A stretch of DNA of 51,976 nt from a virus (lineage: Duplodnaviria > Caudoviricetes). The notes under the pieces are model-generated. The model was not told the origin of the DNA, did no database searches, and saw only the letters and a program-made list of their open reading frames with translations. The position numbers and the translations under genes are program-made. Of the stretch, positions 1 through 9,862 are shown one piece after another. Location of the stretch: positions 1-51,976 of IMG/VR virus record IMGVR_UViG_3300012909_000006; one strand, written 5' to 3'. The stretch's first letter is position 1. Each line of letters starts with the position of its first letter.

Positions 1-448
1 GCTTGATCAACTTCTCTGCGATCTTCTTGGTGGTCGGCTTTAGTTCGTTGGTGGTCTCATGCTGATGACTGGAATCGATCAGTCGCTTGGTCTTGCCGCG
101 CGCCGAAAGCTTGAGTGTGTATTCGTTCGGCCCGATGTTGACCGACATTGAACTGTCGCCCTTGGTCTCTTGATTCTCGGTATCGGTGCCTGCGGTCTCA
201 TCCTTGCCTTTCTTGGCGCCGGTACCCTGCCGCTTGTCGACGGTCCCGGTGAACGCCAGCTGGCCAGCGATGTAGCATTGGATCTCGGCACCGGCTTTTG
301 CCGCGCGCGCGATCGGTGCCGACGGCATTGCACCAGCAAAGATCGTTACGTTTAACGTCCCGGTCATTTCCTCCTTGCTGCGTTGCAAGGTCATGTCGGT
401 CCAGGTAGTTAGTTCGCTGCCGCCGACCAGGATGACAACCGGCTTCAT
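1..448 (-). CDS. Mu gp44-like baseplate hub/tail protein (runs off the left edge of the window)
   Basis: Read manually: ATG at 448 overlaps the upstream stop (ATGA); MKPVVILVGGSELTTWTDMTLQRSKEEMTG...LSARGKTKRLIDSS; follows the DNA-circularization gene as in Mu. Confidence 0.75.
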   Translation of the reverse strand, partial: MKPVVILVGGSELTTWTDMTLQRSKEEMTGTLNVTIFAGAMPSAPIARAAKAGAEIQCYIAGQLAFTGTVDKRQGTGAKKGKDETAGTDTENQETKGDSSMSVNIGPNEYTLKLSARGKTKRLIDSSHQHETTNELKPTTKKIAEKLIK

Positions 449-1641
449 GATGTCGGCGCGACACCGACTACCAACGGATTGAACCGGCCATTGGCGTCGA
501 CCCTATTACGTTGCTCCAGTTCGCGATGTCGCGTGGCATTGTTGTAAATCACATAAGACGCGACCAGCGGATGCACGCCGCCCATGAAGTCGACCGCGAC
601 CAAACCCGGCAACCGGTAGGCCAGGTCATTCATCATCTGGGTGAACTGAGTGGCGTAGTTTCGAATCTCCAGGAACAGTGCATTGTCGCAAGCGTTGTAA
701 GCGGCCTGTGCCTCATCGGTGAGTACCGCAAGGGTAGCATCCAGCGCTGCCAACGCCTGATCGACGTAGGCATAGGTCCGTGACATTGCCGCTTCCGCCA
801 TCCCGATAGCCGCCAGGACACGATGGCGGCTTAGCACCGCTTCCTCACTTTCGACGGCGGCCCCCGCCGGCAAAGTCGAGGAAGCGGTCGCCGCGTTGGC
901 CAACCGCCTCATAGTACGAAATTCGACATCCGGATCCTCGATGTGAATTGGAATGGTGTAGAAACCATTCGACAACGCACGATCGACATTGGTCGCTATG
1001 CTCGCCAGGCCATCGTCTTGCGCCACCTCATCCATCCGCAAAATATCTCGATGCTCGGAAGCTGGCGCATCCGGTGGCACCACTTGCTTGGTGACGTTGG
1101 CGGTGACCTGCACCAGCCGCTGCGCGGTATCGATGACGTCGCCGCGCCACGGCTGCGACACTAACGCCGGCCGATAGTCGCGAATGAAACTTGCCCGCGA
1201 AGTCGCGTTCAACGCCGATGAAATCATCCCGAACAGCATGCCGCCGATGCCAGATCCGACCGGATTGGCCTCGACAAATTCCATCTCGGCGGTGGTCTCG
1301 CCTTGGGCTTCCTCCAGCTTGTCCGAAACCTTGACGCTGCGACATGCGACCAGGTGCGTACCGCGTGTCGGATGCACCAGCATGCCAGGCTGTGGCGACT
1401 CGCACGCCATGAACAGCGCACTAGCGTCGCCGATGTGATCGTCTTCGCGGAAGTAGGCCGTCAGATGAAAGACGCGGATCTTGCGCCCCAAATCGGCGTA
1501 GGCCGTGGTTTCCGAAAACGGAAATTCTCCCTCAGCACCGCGCCGGCCGCCCTCGATGTCGGCATCGCTGCAGTAAAATTGCACACCTTTGAAGCTGGCC
1601 GGAACGACGTCCTTGCCAATGGCGCAGTTAGTACGGGACAT
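445..1641 (-). CDS. Mu-like DNA circularization protein (gp43/N family)
   Basis: N-terminal PASFKGVQF...GGRR...EFPF...DLGRK...LVHPTRG motif; lies directly after the tape measure. Confidence 0.88.
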   Translation of the reverse strand: MSRTNCAIGKDVVPASFKGVQFYCSDADIEGGRRGAEGEFPFSETTAYADLGRKIRVFHLTAYFREDDHIGDASALFMACESPQPGMLVHPTRGTHLVACRSVKVSDKLEEAQGETTAEMEFVEANPVGSGIGGMLFGMISSALNATSRASFIRDYRPALVSQPWRGDVIDTAQRLVQVTANVTKQVVPPDAPASEHRDILRMDEVAQDDGLASIATNVDRALSNGFYTIPIHIEDPDVEFRTMRRLANAATASSTLPAGAAVESEEAVLSRHRVLAAIGMAEAAMSRTYAYVDQALAALDATLAVLTDEAQAAYNACDNALFLEIRNYATQFTQMMNDLAYRLPGLVAVDFMGGVHPLVASYVIYNNATRHRELEQRNRVDANGRFNPLVVGVAPTS

Positions 1642-4571
1642 TATTTATTGCCGTTGGCGTTATTGATGTTGCCGGTATCGCCGCCACCGCCGCCACCTTT
1701 GACGTTGACGTTGACGTTAACGTTAGCGACCGCGGCCTGGATCGCCGCTGCCGCAGCAGCGCCGTAAGCGGCGCCGGCACTGGCCGCGCCTGACGTGATG
1801 ATACTGGCGGCTTGCTGCCCGCCGCTCGCCATCTGACCTGGCACTGTCGCAAACACCGAACTGAATGCTCCGCTGGCGCTATTAATGCTGGCAGCTGCCT
1901 CAGCCATGCCGCGCCCGGCATTTTCAGTCGCCATCTTTGACATATCCAATGTCTGGGTTGGCGGCGGCATGCTGGAGATACCGGAGGGCTCGGCTTTCCG
2001 CGGATCGGCTATCGGTGTCGGTGTGGTGGTGGTCGGCGGCAAACGGATCGATTTCGGTTCAAGATCTTTCTTGTTGAGTTCATCCATAAAAGATTTTGGC
2101 CCGGCCGGCGTGATCCGCGGCTTCACTTCGGTCGGCGGCTTTTCCTGAATTCGCGCCAGCTCGGTTTTCTTGGCTGCAATGGCCTGATCCAGCCGCGCTG
2201 CCTCACCCTGCCGGTTGATATAATCCTCAACCATGGCCGGCTTCAATTCGCGCTTGCTGGACACTTCCTCGATTGCCGAGATCTTCTGCGCAACCTTGGC
2301 CCGCTGAGCCTCGTATTGGGCAATCTTGCCGCTGGCGGCATCGATCGCGGTCTTTCGTTCGGCATCGAACTTTTTCTGCCGTTCCTGCTGCAACCTTTGA
2401 TTACGCGCGTCCTCTGTTACTGGAGGCATCCAACCGCCACCTGATTTGAGACCCTGTGAAACAGCATTTTCCACTCCGGTCTGAATTTTTTCCGGCAACA
2501 ATTCGTACACGGCAGCTGCAGTGCCAACCACCGGGACTGCCTTGAGAACCTTGCCCAGCATCTTGCGTCCAGCACCGGCCGCCGCTCCGGCCGCCGCACC
2601 GCCAGCCGCCGCCCCGGCCGCGCCAGTGCCGGCCGCAGCCGCGGCTCCCGTGGCCGTGCCGCGCAAGCTCGCCGCCGTAGCACCCCTCATGGCTGCCGCT
2701 GCCGCGGTTTGTGCTGCGGCCGAAGTCGTCATCGCTGCAACCGGCGCGGCAAAGGCGGCAACGACGGCAGTTGTAAGGGTGGCCGCAATCCCGCCGCCAG
2801 CCGCCAGTGCACGCTTTTCCTCCGGCGTAGTCGGTTCACCGCGCAAGACGTTGGTGAGGCCTTGCATAAAATTGGTAACGGCCGGTGCACTCAGCGCGAG
2901 TTCACCAAGTTTGCCGGCCGCGTCACCTGCAGCAGTCTTGAGATTTTCAAAAATGATGGCAGGATTTTCGGCCACCAGTTGACCAGTACCAGCAGCGTCT
3001 GGCTGGACACGCGCTTGCGCTTTTTGCCGTTCCCATTGTTCAGCACCCAGGATCAGTTGGTTGAGCTGGTTTAGCGCGGTTTGCGGCAAGCTAGGTAGGA
3101 TCCGGCCGAGTACACCAACCCGCTCGACCTGCTCGGCCTGCTTTCGGCGAGCTTCTTTTTCTTCCTCGGTACCGGTGGTGCCGCCCGCCGCTTGGATACG
3201 CCGCTGCGTTTCGGGTTTATTGATATGCTTATCGATGTCACCCTGGAATTCATCGCGGATCCGTTGCGATGGATTACTCAGCAACTTAGGCAGGTCAGAG
3301 ACCTTACCGGTAGATGGCTTGACGTTACCCTTAGAGTCGAGATCCTTTGGATCAATGAGAAGAATACCTCGATCTCGAAGCACGTTGTTCAGCTTCTTGT
3401 TATCGACAACGCCCTGCAACGAACGCTGCAGCCGGAACGTCTCATTGCCGACTCGCTGCCCGAGATCACCGGCTTGCACCAGCGTCTGCGCAATCGCTTC
3501 TGAATCCAGCGTGTAACCGGACGTCTTCAATCCGGCCATGGTGGTTCGAACGGTCTCCGGTTTCAATTCGGGATTGACCGCCAAGGCCATCGCCAAACCC
3601 TTGGAAAATCGCTGATAATCCGCGCTGAGTTTACCCGCGTCATCAACAATATCCGTGGTGGAAATATTGGCCGCCTTCACATGCTTTTTGAGTCCCTCAC
3701 GGCCCTGCTCTGGCGTAAAGGTTGGATTGCGCGCCATGATGCCAGGATAGATGTCATTCTGCATATGCCGCGCCACCATCACGGCATTGCGACGCGTCTG
3801 TTCTTGAACTTCTTTTGGGCTCATTCCTGGCTTTGCTTCGGCAGCCACGTCGCCTTGAATTTCATTGACGAACTGATCGAATGCATTCTTTGGCCACGCA
3901 ATCGGGGCACCTTTATAGGATGGCCCTTCTCCCGGTTTTGTTGATTTTTCTATCCTCGCCGACTCAGCCCGCTGCGCTTCCGTGGTCATCGCCTTGGTTT
4001 GCAAATCGGTACGCGAGCGATCGTAACCCGCCTCAGCAACCTTCTTTAGAGCCGCTGCCGCGCCATAAGCCGCCAGCGACAGCGCGCCAAAACTTGTCTC
4101 CAGTCGACTGATGCCAGAAGCACCTGCACCCGCTCCGGCACCAGTGATGATCGCGCCGCCCGGCGTTCGACCACCACGGCGCCGGGGCGGGACCGCGCCA
4201 CCGGCCGGCGTCACCGGTACCGGACGCGGTGCGCGTACAGCACCAGCAGCGCCACCACGAACATTGACATTGATCGGCGCCCGCGCTGCCGCGCGTAACG
4301 CCGCAATGTCACGCCGCGCCTTGGCAAGGCCAGCATCATTGACCGTCAGAGATAGCCGCTGGCCGCGCAACACCGCGATATTGCGTGCCAAGGTATTGAG
4401 TTGCTTGTTGGCTGCGGTCAGCCCGCGGGCGTCGACATTGAGACTGACCCTGGTCGACTTCAAAGACCGCGCAGTCGCGAACAGTTTTTTCAACGCAGCA
4501 TTGATCTTGTTGATCTGCGCTGTGCTCTGGTCGTTGACCCGGAGCGTTGCCTGTTCGACGTAGGATGCCAT
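1641..4571 (-). CDS. Tail tape measure protein
   Basis: 976 aa, Ala/Gly-rich and helical; between chaperone and DNA-circularization genes. Confidence 0.88.
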   Translation of the reverse strand: MASYVEQATLRVNDQSTAQINKINAALKKLFATARSLKSTRVSLNVDARGLTAANKQLNTLARNIAVLRGQRLSLTVNDAGLAKARRDIAALRAAARAPINVNVRGGAAGAVRAPRPVPVTPAGGAVPPRRRGGRTPGGAIITGAGAGAGASGISRLETSFGALSLAAYGAAAALKKVAEAGYDRSRTDLQTKAMTTEAQRAESARIEKSTKPGEGPSYKGAPIAWPKNAFDQFVNEIQGDVAAEAKPGMSPKEVQEQTRRNAVMVARHMQNDIYPGIMARNPTFTPEQGREGLKKHVKAANISTTDIVDDAGKLSADYQRFSKGLAMALAVNPELKPETVRTTMAGLKTSGYTLDSEAIAQTLVQAGDLGQRVGNETFRLQRSLQGVVDNKKLNNVLRDRGILLIDPKDLDSKGNVKPSTGKVSDLPKLLSNPSQRIRDEFQGDIDKHINKPETQRRIQAAGGTTGTEEEKEARRKQAEQVERVGVLGRILPSLPQTALNQLNQLILGAEQWERQKAQARVQPDAAGTGQLVAENPAIIFENLKTAAGDAAGKLGELALSAPAVTNFMQGLTNVLRGEPTTPEEKRALAAGGGIAATLTTAVVAAFAAPVAAMTTSAAAQTAAAAAMRGATAASLRGTATGAAAAAGTGAAGAAAGGAAAGAAAGAGRKMLGKVLKAVPVVGTAAAVYELLPEKIQTGVENAVSQGLKSGGGWMPPVTEDARNQRLQQERQKKFDAERKTAIDAASGKIAQYEAQRAKVAQKISAIEEVSSKRELKPAMVEDYINRQGEAARLDQAIAAKKTELARIQEKPPTEVKPRITPAGPKSFMDELNKKDLEPKSIRLPPTTTTPTPIADPRKAEPSGISSMPPPTQTLDMSKMATENAGRGMAEAAASINSASGAFSSVFATVPGQMASGGQQAASIITSGAASAGAAYGAAAAAAIQAAVANVNVNVNVKGGGGGGDTGNINNANGNK

Positions 4572-4755
4572 TTATTTTGGTTTTCCCCCGGCCAGGATCA
4601 TTCGGTTTTTCATTTCCACCGCGTGAACGCGCTGGAAATTTAGAATGCGAAACGTCAATTGTCTGATGGTAAGCGGCCTGATGTCGCCAGCCGATGCCGA
4701 GTAATAGCGATAGTGCTCGACAGCTTCCGCTACTCGTCTGGCGACCCCAGAAAAC
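4572..4755 (-). CDS. Tail assembly chaperone -1 frameshift extension (gpGT/E'-like)
   Basis: The -1 frame is open from CGT TTT C (about 4750-4756) to TAA at 4572, abutting the tape-measure ATG; no own start; reads ...VARRVAEAVEHYRYYSASAGDIRPLTIRQLTFRILNFQRVHAVEMKNRMILAGGKPK. Confidence 0.7.
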
Positions 4756-5362
4756 GCGGCAGGATCTCATTCATGATGAACACGCCATCAGAAATCGTGA
4801 TGACATCGATCGCCCATGACGGCAGCGCCGTCAGCGAAGTGCCGAGCGGCTTGCCAAGCTTCTTGATCATCATGACGGTTTGCAGCACGCCATTGTCGGC
4901 CGCCATGATGTCCTCGACGTCACCATAGGTCGAGGCATGAAACTCCAGCTCGGTAATCGCCGGCTTGCCGGCGCCGGTCGGAATGGGCGTGCCGAGTTCG
5001 TAAGTGATCGCCTTGTCCATCCCGTCGCCGTCGCGGACAATCTTGCCGGCCGGCGCCTCATCCGCGTCAAGCCGTGCAATGATGCTGCGCGCATCGATGA
5101 TCGACAGCTTCGGGATGTCCATGATCCCGACCGGCATCACGGTGCCGTTGATATAATACTGCACCTGCTTGGCCATCCGCACCCGCCGCATGCGGGCCAG
5201 CCAGGCCTCGGGCTCTTTCATGCCTTGAGCTTCGGTGACGATATTGGAGAACGCCTGAAACGTCATCGGCCGCACCACCGCGCCGTCGATGACGTTTTCG
5301 CCAAGCTGGAATGAGATCGGAATCTTCTCCAGCTTGGTCCCGTTTACTTTCCCCTCTGCCAT
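4730..5362 (-). CDS. Tail assembly chaperone
   Basis: Between tube and tape measure; GGGAG RBS before ATG 5362; ends PRFLGSPDE. Confidence 0.75.
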   Translation of the reverse strand: MAEGKVNGTKLEKIPISFQLGENVIDGAVVRPMTFQAFSNIVTEAQGMKEPEAWLARMRRVRMAKQVQYYINGTVMPVGIMDIPKLSIIDARSIIARLDADEAPAGKIVRDGDGMDKAITYELGTPIPTGAGKPAITELEFHASTYGDVEDIMAADNGVLQTVMMIKKLGKPLGTSLTALPSWAIDVITISDGVFIMNEILPRFLGSPDE

Positions 5363-5372
5363 GACGTGCTCC

Positions 5373-5819
5373 CTATGCCGCCACCGCGAATGTCGGCGTG
5401 ATCGGATTCGCCGTCGACTCCAGCGTACCGTTCGGCAGCATTTCATCGATCTCCTTGAACGAGACCGTCATCGTCACTTCATGGGTGTCGGATTTTTCGT
5501 CACCGGTACCGGTGCCCTTGACCCCGGAGTAGACCAGCCCGTTGTAATATTCGACCTGCAGATTGACGTCACTACAGCCCTGATACATCGCGAGCGGGAT
5601 CCGGATGTCCCGGATGACTTTGATCTCGACCTCCGGATTGGTCGGCTGCCGTTTGACATAGCCTTGCGGCAGCGGATCATTGTTGTAAGGGCAAAGCCGC
5701 CAGGTCGGCAGATCTTCCGAGCTGAGCTTGTGCGCGATCGGCCCATAGACGGCGTCGGTGTCGCAGTCCTTGAAGGTAAGCAGGATGTTTTTGACGCCGA
5801 CTTGATTTTCACAGGTCAT
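5373..5819 (-). CDS. Tail tube protein
   Basis: 148 aa directly after the sheath; strong AAAGGAG RBS. Confidence 0.75.
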   Translation of the reverse strand: MTCENQVGVKNILLTFKDCDTDAVYGPIAHKLSSEDLPTWRLCPYNNDPLPQGYVKRQPTNPEVEIKVIRDIRIPLAMYQGCSDVNLQVEYYNGLVYSGVKGTGTGDEKSDTHEVTMTVSFKEIDEMLPNGTLESTANPITPTFAVAA

Positions 5820-5846
5820 TTGACTTCTCCTTTCTATGGTTCGGCG

Positions 5847-7364
5847 TCAGCAGTTGCTGAGCATGGCCGGTTGCGCGTTGATGGTGATGTTGGAGATCCG
5901 GACCGGCGGTCGATAAACGAAATCGATCCACAGTTTGCCGGGAATGCCCTGGCATTTCGGCGCCCGCTCGAAATCGGTCAGCAGTTTGATGTCCTGATCG
6001 ATGTCATCGAACTCCGAGAACAGCACCCCGATGTTCGACTTGGCCCAGGCACGGAACTGACCAAGGATCAGTTTCGGATTGGTGCCGCGGATGCCGGCAG
6101 GGATCGTGGTGTTCTTGGTGAACAATCCCAGACCAACCACCTGGTTGAGCGCAATCGCCGCCGCGTCGGCCGTGGCCGCTGCAAGCCGCCGCGAATTCAC
6201 ATTCCACCAGGTCGAGTTCAGGCGACCATTCTCATCGTAACGGTTGTTGGTGATGTCGTTGACGATCATCGGCGCCGTCATTGCACCGGTACCGCCACTA
6301 AGCGGAACGGTGACGACGAACCCCGTAGCCTGCATCACCTGCTGTTCCTCGAACGTAAAGCACTGGAAACAGCTTTCCGGAATGCGCAAGCAAGACAGCA
6401 CGCCGAAGTTCGGGCCCTGAATGCTCATCTCCGGATTGTCGACCGTCAAGCAGCAGCTCTGCGCGGCGTAGGCCGCCACCTTGAGCCAGCCAAATGACGG
6501 ATCTTCGCAGCAATGCGCCAGCCGCGACACTTCCGCCGAGTTGGTGAAGTTCGAAATGATCTGACCGAAGGTGCCGGAATTGTAGGTGTAGCCATGGCCA
6601 AAGCACTGCGGCTTCATGCAGCTCCAGGCATCAGCGATGTAGGCGATCATCGCATCCTGCCACTTCGGCGAGTCGTACAGCATGCCGATGCAGCAATAGC
6701 AGCACTCACCCAGGATCGAAGCATAATCCGGTGGCGGGATGTCGACGTTGACGCCTTCTGTCAGCTGTACGAACTCCATAGTGACGCCTTGCGGCGCATA
6801 GTCGCGACGTTCATGCCAATTGTAGATGGCATTGACACAATTGCCGACGGTGCCGCCGTTCTTTGCCGTCAGGGTGATCACAGCACCAGCCGCTACCGAG
6901 TCGAACGGGAAGCCGGGCTCCAGCGCCAGGTATTCGTTGACCTGGGTGGCGATCTCGTCGGCCGTCATGCCCTCGGTAACACGAACGCTGGAATTCCAGC
7001 GACCGTCACCGATAAAGATGTCGACCCGACCATCGCTGGTTGCCGGCCCGGTGAAAGTCATCTCGTAAGATGCTTTCTGCTGCGCGCCGACACTGAGATC
7101 CTTGTGCGGGAGCGCGTAGAATTCCATCGCGCCATTGGCACAACAGCCGAACGCGGTCTTCATCGACTCCGCCAGCACGCTGCCATAACCGAACAGCGTA
7201 TCGATGTCGCGCAGCGACGGGATCTTGATCAAAGCGCCGTCGATCGCGGTGCCGCTGTCGAGCATCTGGCCTTCCATCAGGATACGGCACTTGTTCGGAT
7301 AGGCGTTCAGCGCATCCGAGAAACAGATCCGGATCGCACCGGACCGCAGGCTGTCAATCGACAT
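5847..7364 (-). CDS. Mu-like tail sheath protein, Cys-rich
   Basis: FGYGSVLAES and ITLTAKNGGTVGN motifs typical of Mu gpL-type sheaths; 505 aa. Confidence 0.85.
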   Translation of the reverse strand: MSIDSLRSGAIRICFSDALNAYPNKCRILMEGQMLDSGTAIDGALIKIPSLRDIDTLFGYGSVLAESMKTAFGCCANGAMEFYALPHKDLSVGAQQKASYEMTFTGPATSDGRVDIFIGDGRWNSSVRVTEGMTADEIATQVNEYLALEPGFPFDSVAAGAVITLTAKNGGTVGNCVNAIYNWHERRDYAPQGVTMEFVQLTEGVNVDIPPPDYASILGECCYCCIGMLYDSPKWQDAMIAYIADAWSCMKPQCFGHGYTYNSGTFGQIISNFTNSAEVSRLAHCCEDPSFGWLKVAAYAAQSCCLTVDNPEMSIQGPNFGVLSCLRIPESCFQCFTFEEQQVMQATGFVVTVPLSGGTGAMTAPMIVNDITNNRYDENGRLNSTWWNVNSRRLAAATADAAAIALNQVVGLGLFTKNTTIPAGIRGTNPKLILGQFRAWAKSNIGVLFSEFDDIDQDIKLLTDFERAPKCQGIPGKLWIDFVYRPPVRISNITINAQPAMLSNC

Positions 7365-7397
7365 CAGGTCTCTCCTTTTGAGCGGTTGGTGGTGGGA

Positions 7398-7682
7398 TCA
7401 GGATTTCGGATAAGGCGCACCAGTTCCTGGTGCGGGATCTTCCGCGGCTTGCGTGGTGTTCTTGGCCGTCGGAATCGGACGCGTCTCCGAAATCGGACGC
7501 GGCTCTTTCGTTTTCGGTCCGCCAGTTGGCAGGTCGCCCTGCACTTCCAAATCATCCCAGCGATTGATGAGACCGCGGATGTAGGGAATGTCAGCGACCG
7601 GGACGAACCGATCCTGCGGGAGCATGTTGCCTTCGTAGGGGATGCTACGGCCCGGACGGGCCTTGACATAGATCATGGCCAT
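7398..7682 (-). CDS. Small pre-sheath protein (Mu gp38/DUF2635-like)
   Basis: MIYVKARPGR...YIRGLINRWDDL; AAAGGAGG RBS; sits just before the sheath. Confidence 0.65.
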   Translation of the reverse strand: MAMIYVKARPGRSIPYEGNMLPQDRFVPVADIPYIRGLINRWDDLEVQGDLPTGGPKTKEPRPISETRPIPTAKNTTQAAEDPAPGTGAPYPKS

Positions 7683-7717
7683 CTCGGGCCTCCTTTGCGG
7701 TTGCACGGTAGTAAAAC

Positions 7718-8341
7718 TCATGGACACGGCTGACATTCGTCCTGCGGCTCCGGACACTCAGGCTCGGGAATGCAAGACTCCGGGATGCACATCCGGAATC
7801 CGATGTCGCTGATCAGATCCATCACAACTTGTTCGTCTTTCATGCACCATTGGAACGTTGCGACGAACGTAAAGGTCAGCCGCGCCGCCAACGGATCGGC
7901 CTCGACCTGCAGACGGCGATAAGCAACATGCTCGCCGTTCGGACCTTTGAACTTCGAAAAGCCTTTGATCAGTCGATTGCGGATGAACTCATACGGATAG
8001 TAATTCCAGTACGGCGTGTCCTTGCCGGTGGCCTTGCTCTTGATCCGCATCGGCTGCAGCCAGAAATCGACCACGAACGTATCAGTGAGCTTGAATTCTT
8101 CGCTCGACGAACGCAGCAATTGCTCGCCGGTCGAGTTGGTGAACGCGACCAGCACCAGCGGCAACGTCGGAATATTTTCCATTGTGATGTCGACGTCGCT
8201 GACCGCCACTGATCGCGGCGGCGCGTTTAGATCAAGCGGATCGTGCAGCATCGGATAAAACCAGTCGGCAATCGCAGCTGCCACCGCCGGCAAAAATCGC
8301 TTTTCCTCGTTCTGTTCGGACTCCGGTGTTCTGGCGTCCAT
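7718..8341 (-). CDS. Putative tail terminator/completion protein with Cys-Pro-rich C-terminus
   Basis: Neck-module synteny; ends CIPESCIPEPECPEPQDECQPCP. Confidence 0.55.
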   Translation of the reverse strand: MDARTPESEQNEEKRFLPAVAAAIADWFYPMLHDPLDLNAPPRSVAVSDVDITMENIPTLPLVLVAFTNSTGEQLLRSSSEEFKLTDTFVVDFWLQPMRIKSKATGKDTPYWNYYPYEFIRNRLIKGFSKFKGPNGEHVAYRRLQVEADPLAARLTFTFVATFQWCMKDEQVVMDLISDIGFRMCIPESCIPEPECPEPQDECQPCP

Positions 8342-8733
8342 TACAGCCTCGACCATTCAACCCAGCGTCCGAGATGGCTGCCTTGCATGCCTTCCTTGAG
8401 CGCTTCCTTGCTCATCTTGCGGCCGGTATCGGCAAGCCAGGATGAATAGTGGAAGCTGCTGTTCTTTCCCGATCGTTTGCCATCGCTGCTGATCGTCATC
8501 GTATTCGCCGTGACCCTGGTCTTGATTGTGCCGAGCAAATTGCCGCTACGTCGCATCGGCCATTCACCAGGTGACGATCCCTTGGCATCACCACCTGGCC
8601 ATTGCCGGCTGGCACCAGAACGGAATGCCGCCTCGGACGCGTTCGCGACTCGGTGCAGCCAGTTCTGAATTTCGGCATTGTTCTTTCGTGCGTGGAATGG
8701 ACTCCACGGCACGAATTCGAGGGTCAGGCTCAT
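8341..8733 (-). CDS. Putative neck protein (HK97 gp10-like)
   Basis: SSPGEWPMRRSGNLLGTI resembles the S.PGE.P...TG.L..SI motif; synteny. Confidence 0.6.
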   Translation of the reverse strand: MSLTLEFVPWSPFHARKNNAEIQNWLHRVANASEAAFRSGASRQWPGGDAKGSSPGEWPMRRSGNLLGTIKTRVTANTMTISSDGKRSGKNSSFHYSSWLADTGRKMSKEALKEGMQGSHLGRWVEWSRL

Positions 8734-8735
8734 GG

Positions 8736-9158
8736 CTAGATTTGCCTGTCTTCCGCAGACAGCAGATTGCGCGGCGGCGTGACTTCGGTCGACTTCTCGA
8801 CCAGGTGCGCATGCAACACGATCCACGGCGTGTTGTCGTAAAATCCCATCACCTTGTACCAACGCGGCGGTGACTTGCGCCTGACCTCGTACACCCATGC
8901 TGCCGACGTGAAGTCGAGATCGACCTTGTAACGCATCGTGATCCGGTGCGTGACCCGGTTCTGACTTTCCTTGACGGCGTAACCATAGGGCGAAATGAAC
9001 GAAGGCAGATTTGGCAGCGCGTAGATCTTGGCCCAGATGGTGGCGACGGGCTCGCGTGTCAGTGACATGGTCGCGGAATTCTCGACCACATCGTGCATCG
9101 TGCAGAGCGACACCCGATGACTGAATTCCGTCAACCGTGGTTGGATGACGTCAGGCAT
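8736..9158 (-). CDS. Head closure / head-tail adaptor (SPP1 gp16-like)
   Basis: HRVSL...TIWAKI...THRITMRY pattern; synteny. Confidence 0.7.
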   Translation of the reverse strand: MPDVIQPRLTEFSHRVSLCTMHDVVENSATMSLTREPVATIWAKIYALPNLPSFISPYGYAVKESQNRVTHRITMRYKVDLDFTSAAWVYEVRRKSPPRWYKVMGFYDNTPWIVLHAHLVEKSTEVTPPRNLLSAEDRQI

Positions 9159-9862
9159 CAGATCGCACTGTCATCGTAAAGCCGCCAGGTCTCCAGTGCG
9201 CCGGAGACCATAGCGATGTTGTTGGATCCGGAGACGCCGCCGATCTTGGTTGAATTGTCCTTTCGATTGCGCTGGGTAAGCAGCTCATCACCGGGATGCT
9301 CGACAACCCAGGCGAGATACTGCAGACAACCGAGCACGATTCCGGCCGGCACTGAATTCGGATCCTTATAGCCCGCCTTGTAAGCCACCATCATGCCGCC
9401 GTTGAGATGCCAGCTGGCGCACGGATCACAGCAGTTCGACAGATCGATGAAATCCTTGACGATCGGCACCTGAATGACACGCGTCCCGATCGGAACATGA
9501 AAGGTGCGATTGTCGCTCGGATGCGAGCCGCCATACAAATAGACGTAACCATCGGCGACCGGATATTTCAGTTCGTGACGATAGGTGACCCGCCCCGGCC
9601 GCGGATGCGCCGGTCCCTCAATTGGTTCGGTGACCGTGCGCTGGCAGGCCAGCAATTGCCCGGTATACATCTCGGCCGATTCCAGTGCCGCGGCCCGATA
9701 CAATTCCAGTTGCGCATCGGTGACCGCTGGAATGTCATCGGTCTTGGTGTGGCTGCGGATAACGTCGATCGACAGCCGTTCCGACCAGTCAAACTTCTCC
9801 AGCCTCTGGTCAGGCTCGAACGGTGGCCGTTCGCGCGGTCGCGGGGGCACCATCCTCAGCAT
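9158..9862 (-). CDS. Head-tail connector (HK97 gp6-like)
   Basis: AALESAEMYTG and YKAGY...VPAGIVLGCLQYLAW motifs. Confidence 0.75.
   Translation of the reverse strand: MLRMVPPRPRERPPFEPDQRLEKFDWSERLSIDVIRSHTKTDDIPAVTDAQLELYRAAALESAEMYTGQLLACQRTVTEPIEGPAHPRPGRVTYRHELKYPVADGYVYLYGGSHPSDNRTFHVPIGTRVIQVPIVKDFIDLSNCCDPCASWHLNGGMMVAYKAGYKDPNSVPAGIVLGCLQYLAWVVEHPGDELLTQRNRKDNSTKIGGVSGSNNIAMVSGALETWRLYDDSAI

Noticed and set aside
5289-7733. Long plus-strand ORFs of 402 and 406 aa
   Set aside because: They are antisense shadows of the tube and sheath genes in high-GC DNA, with no recognisable motifs.
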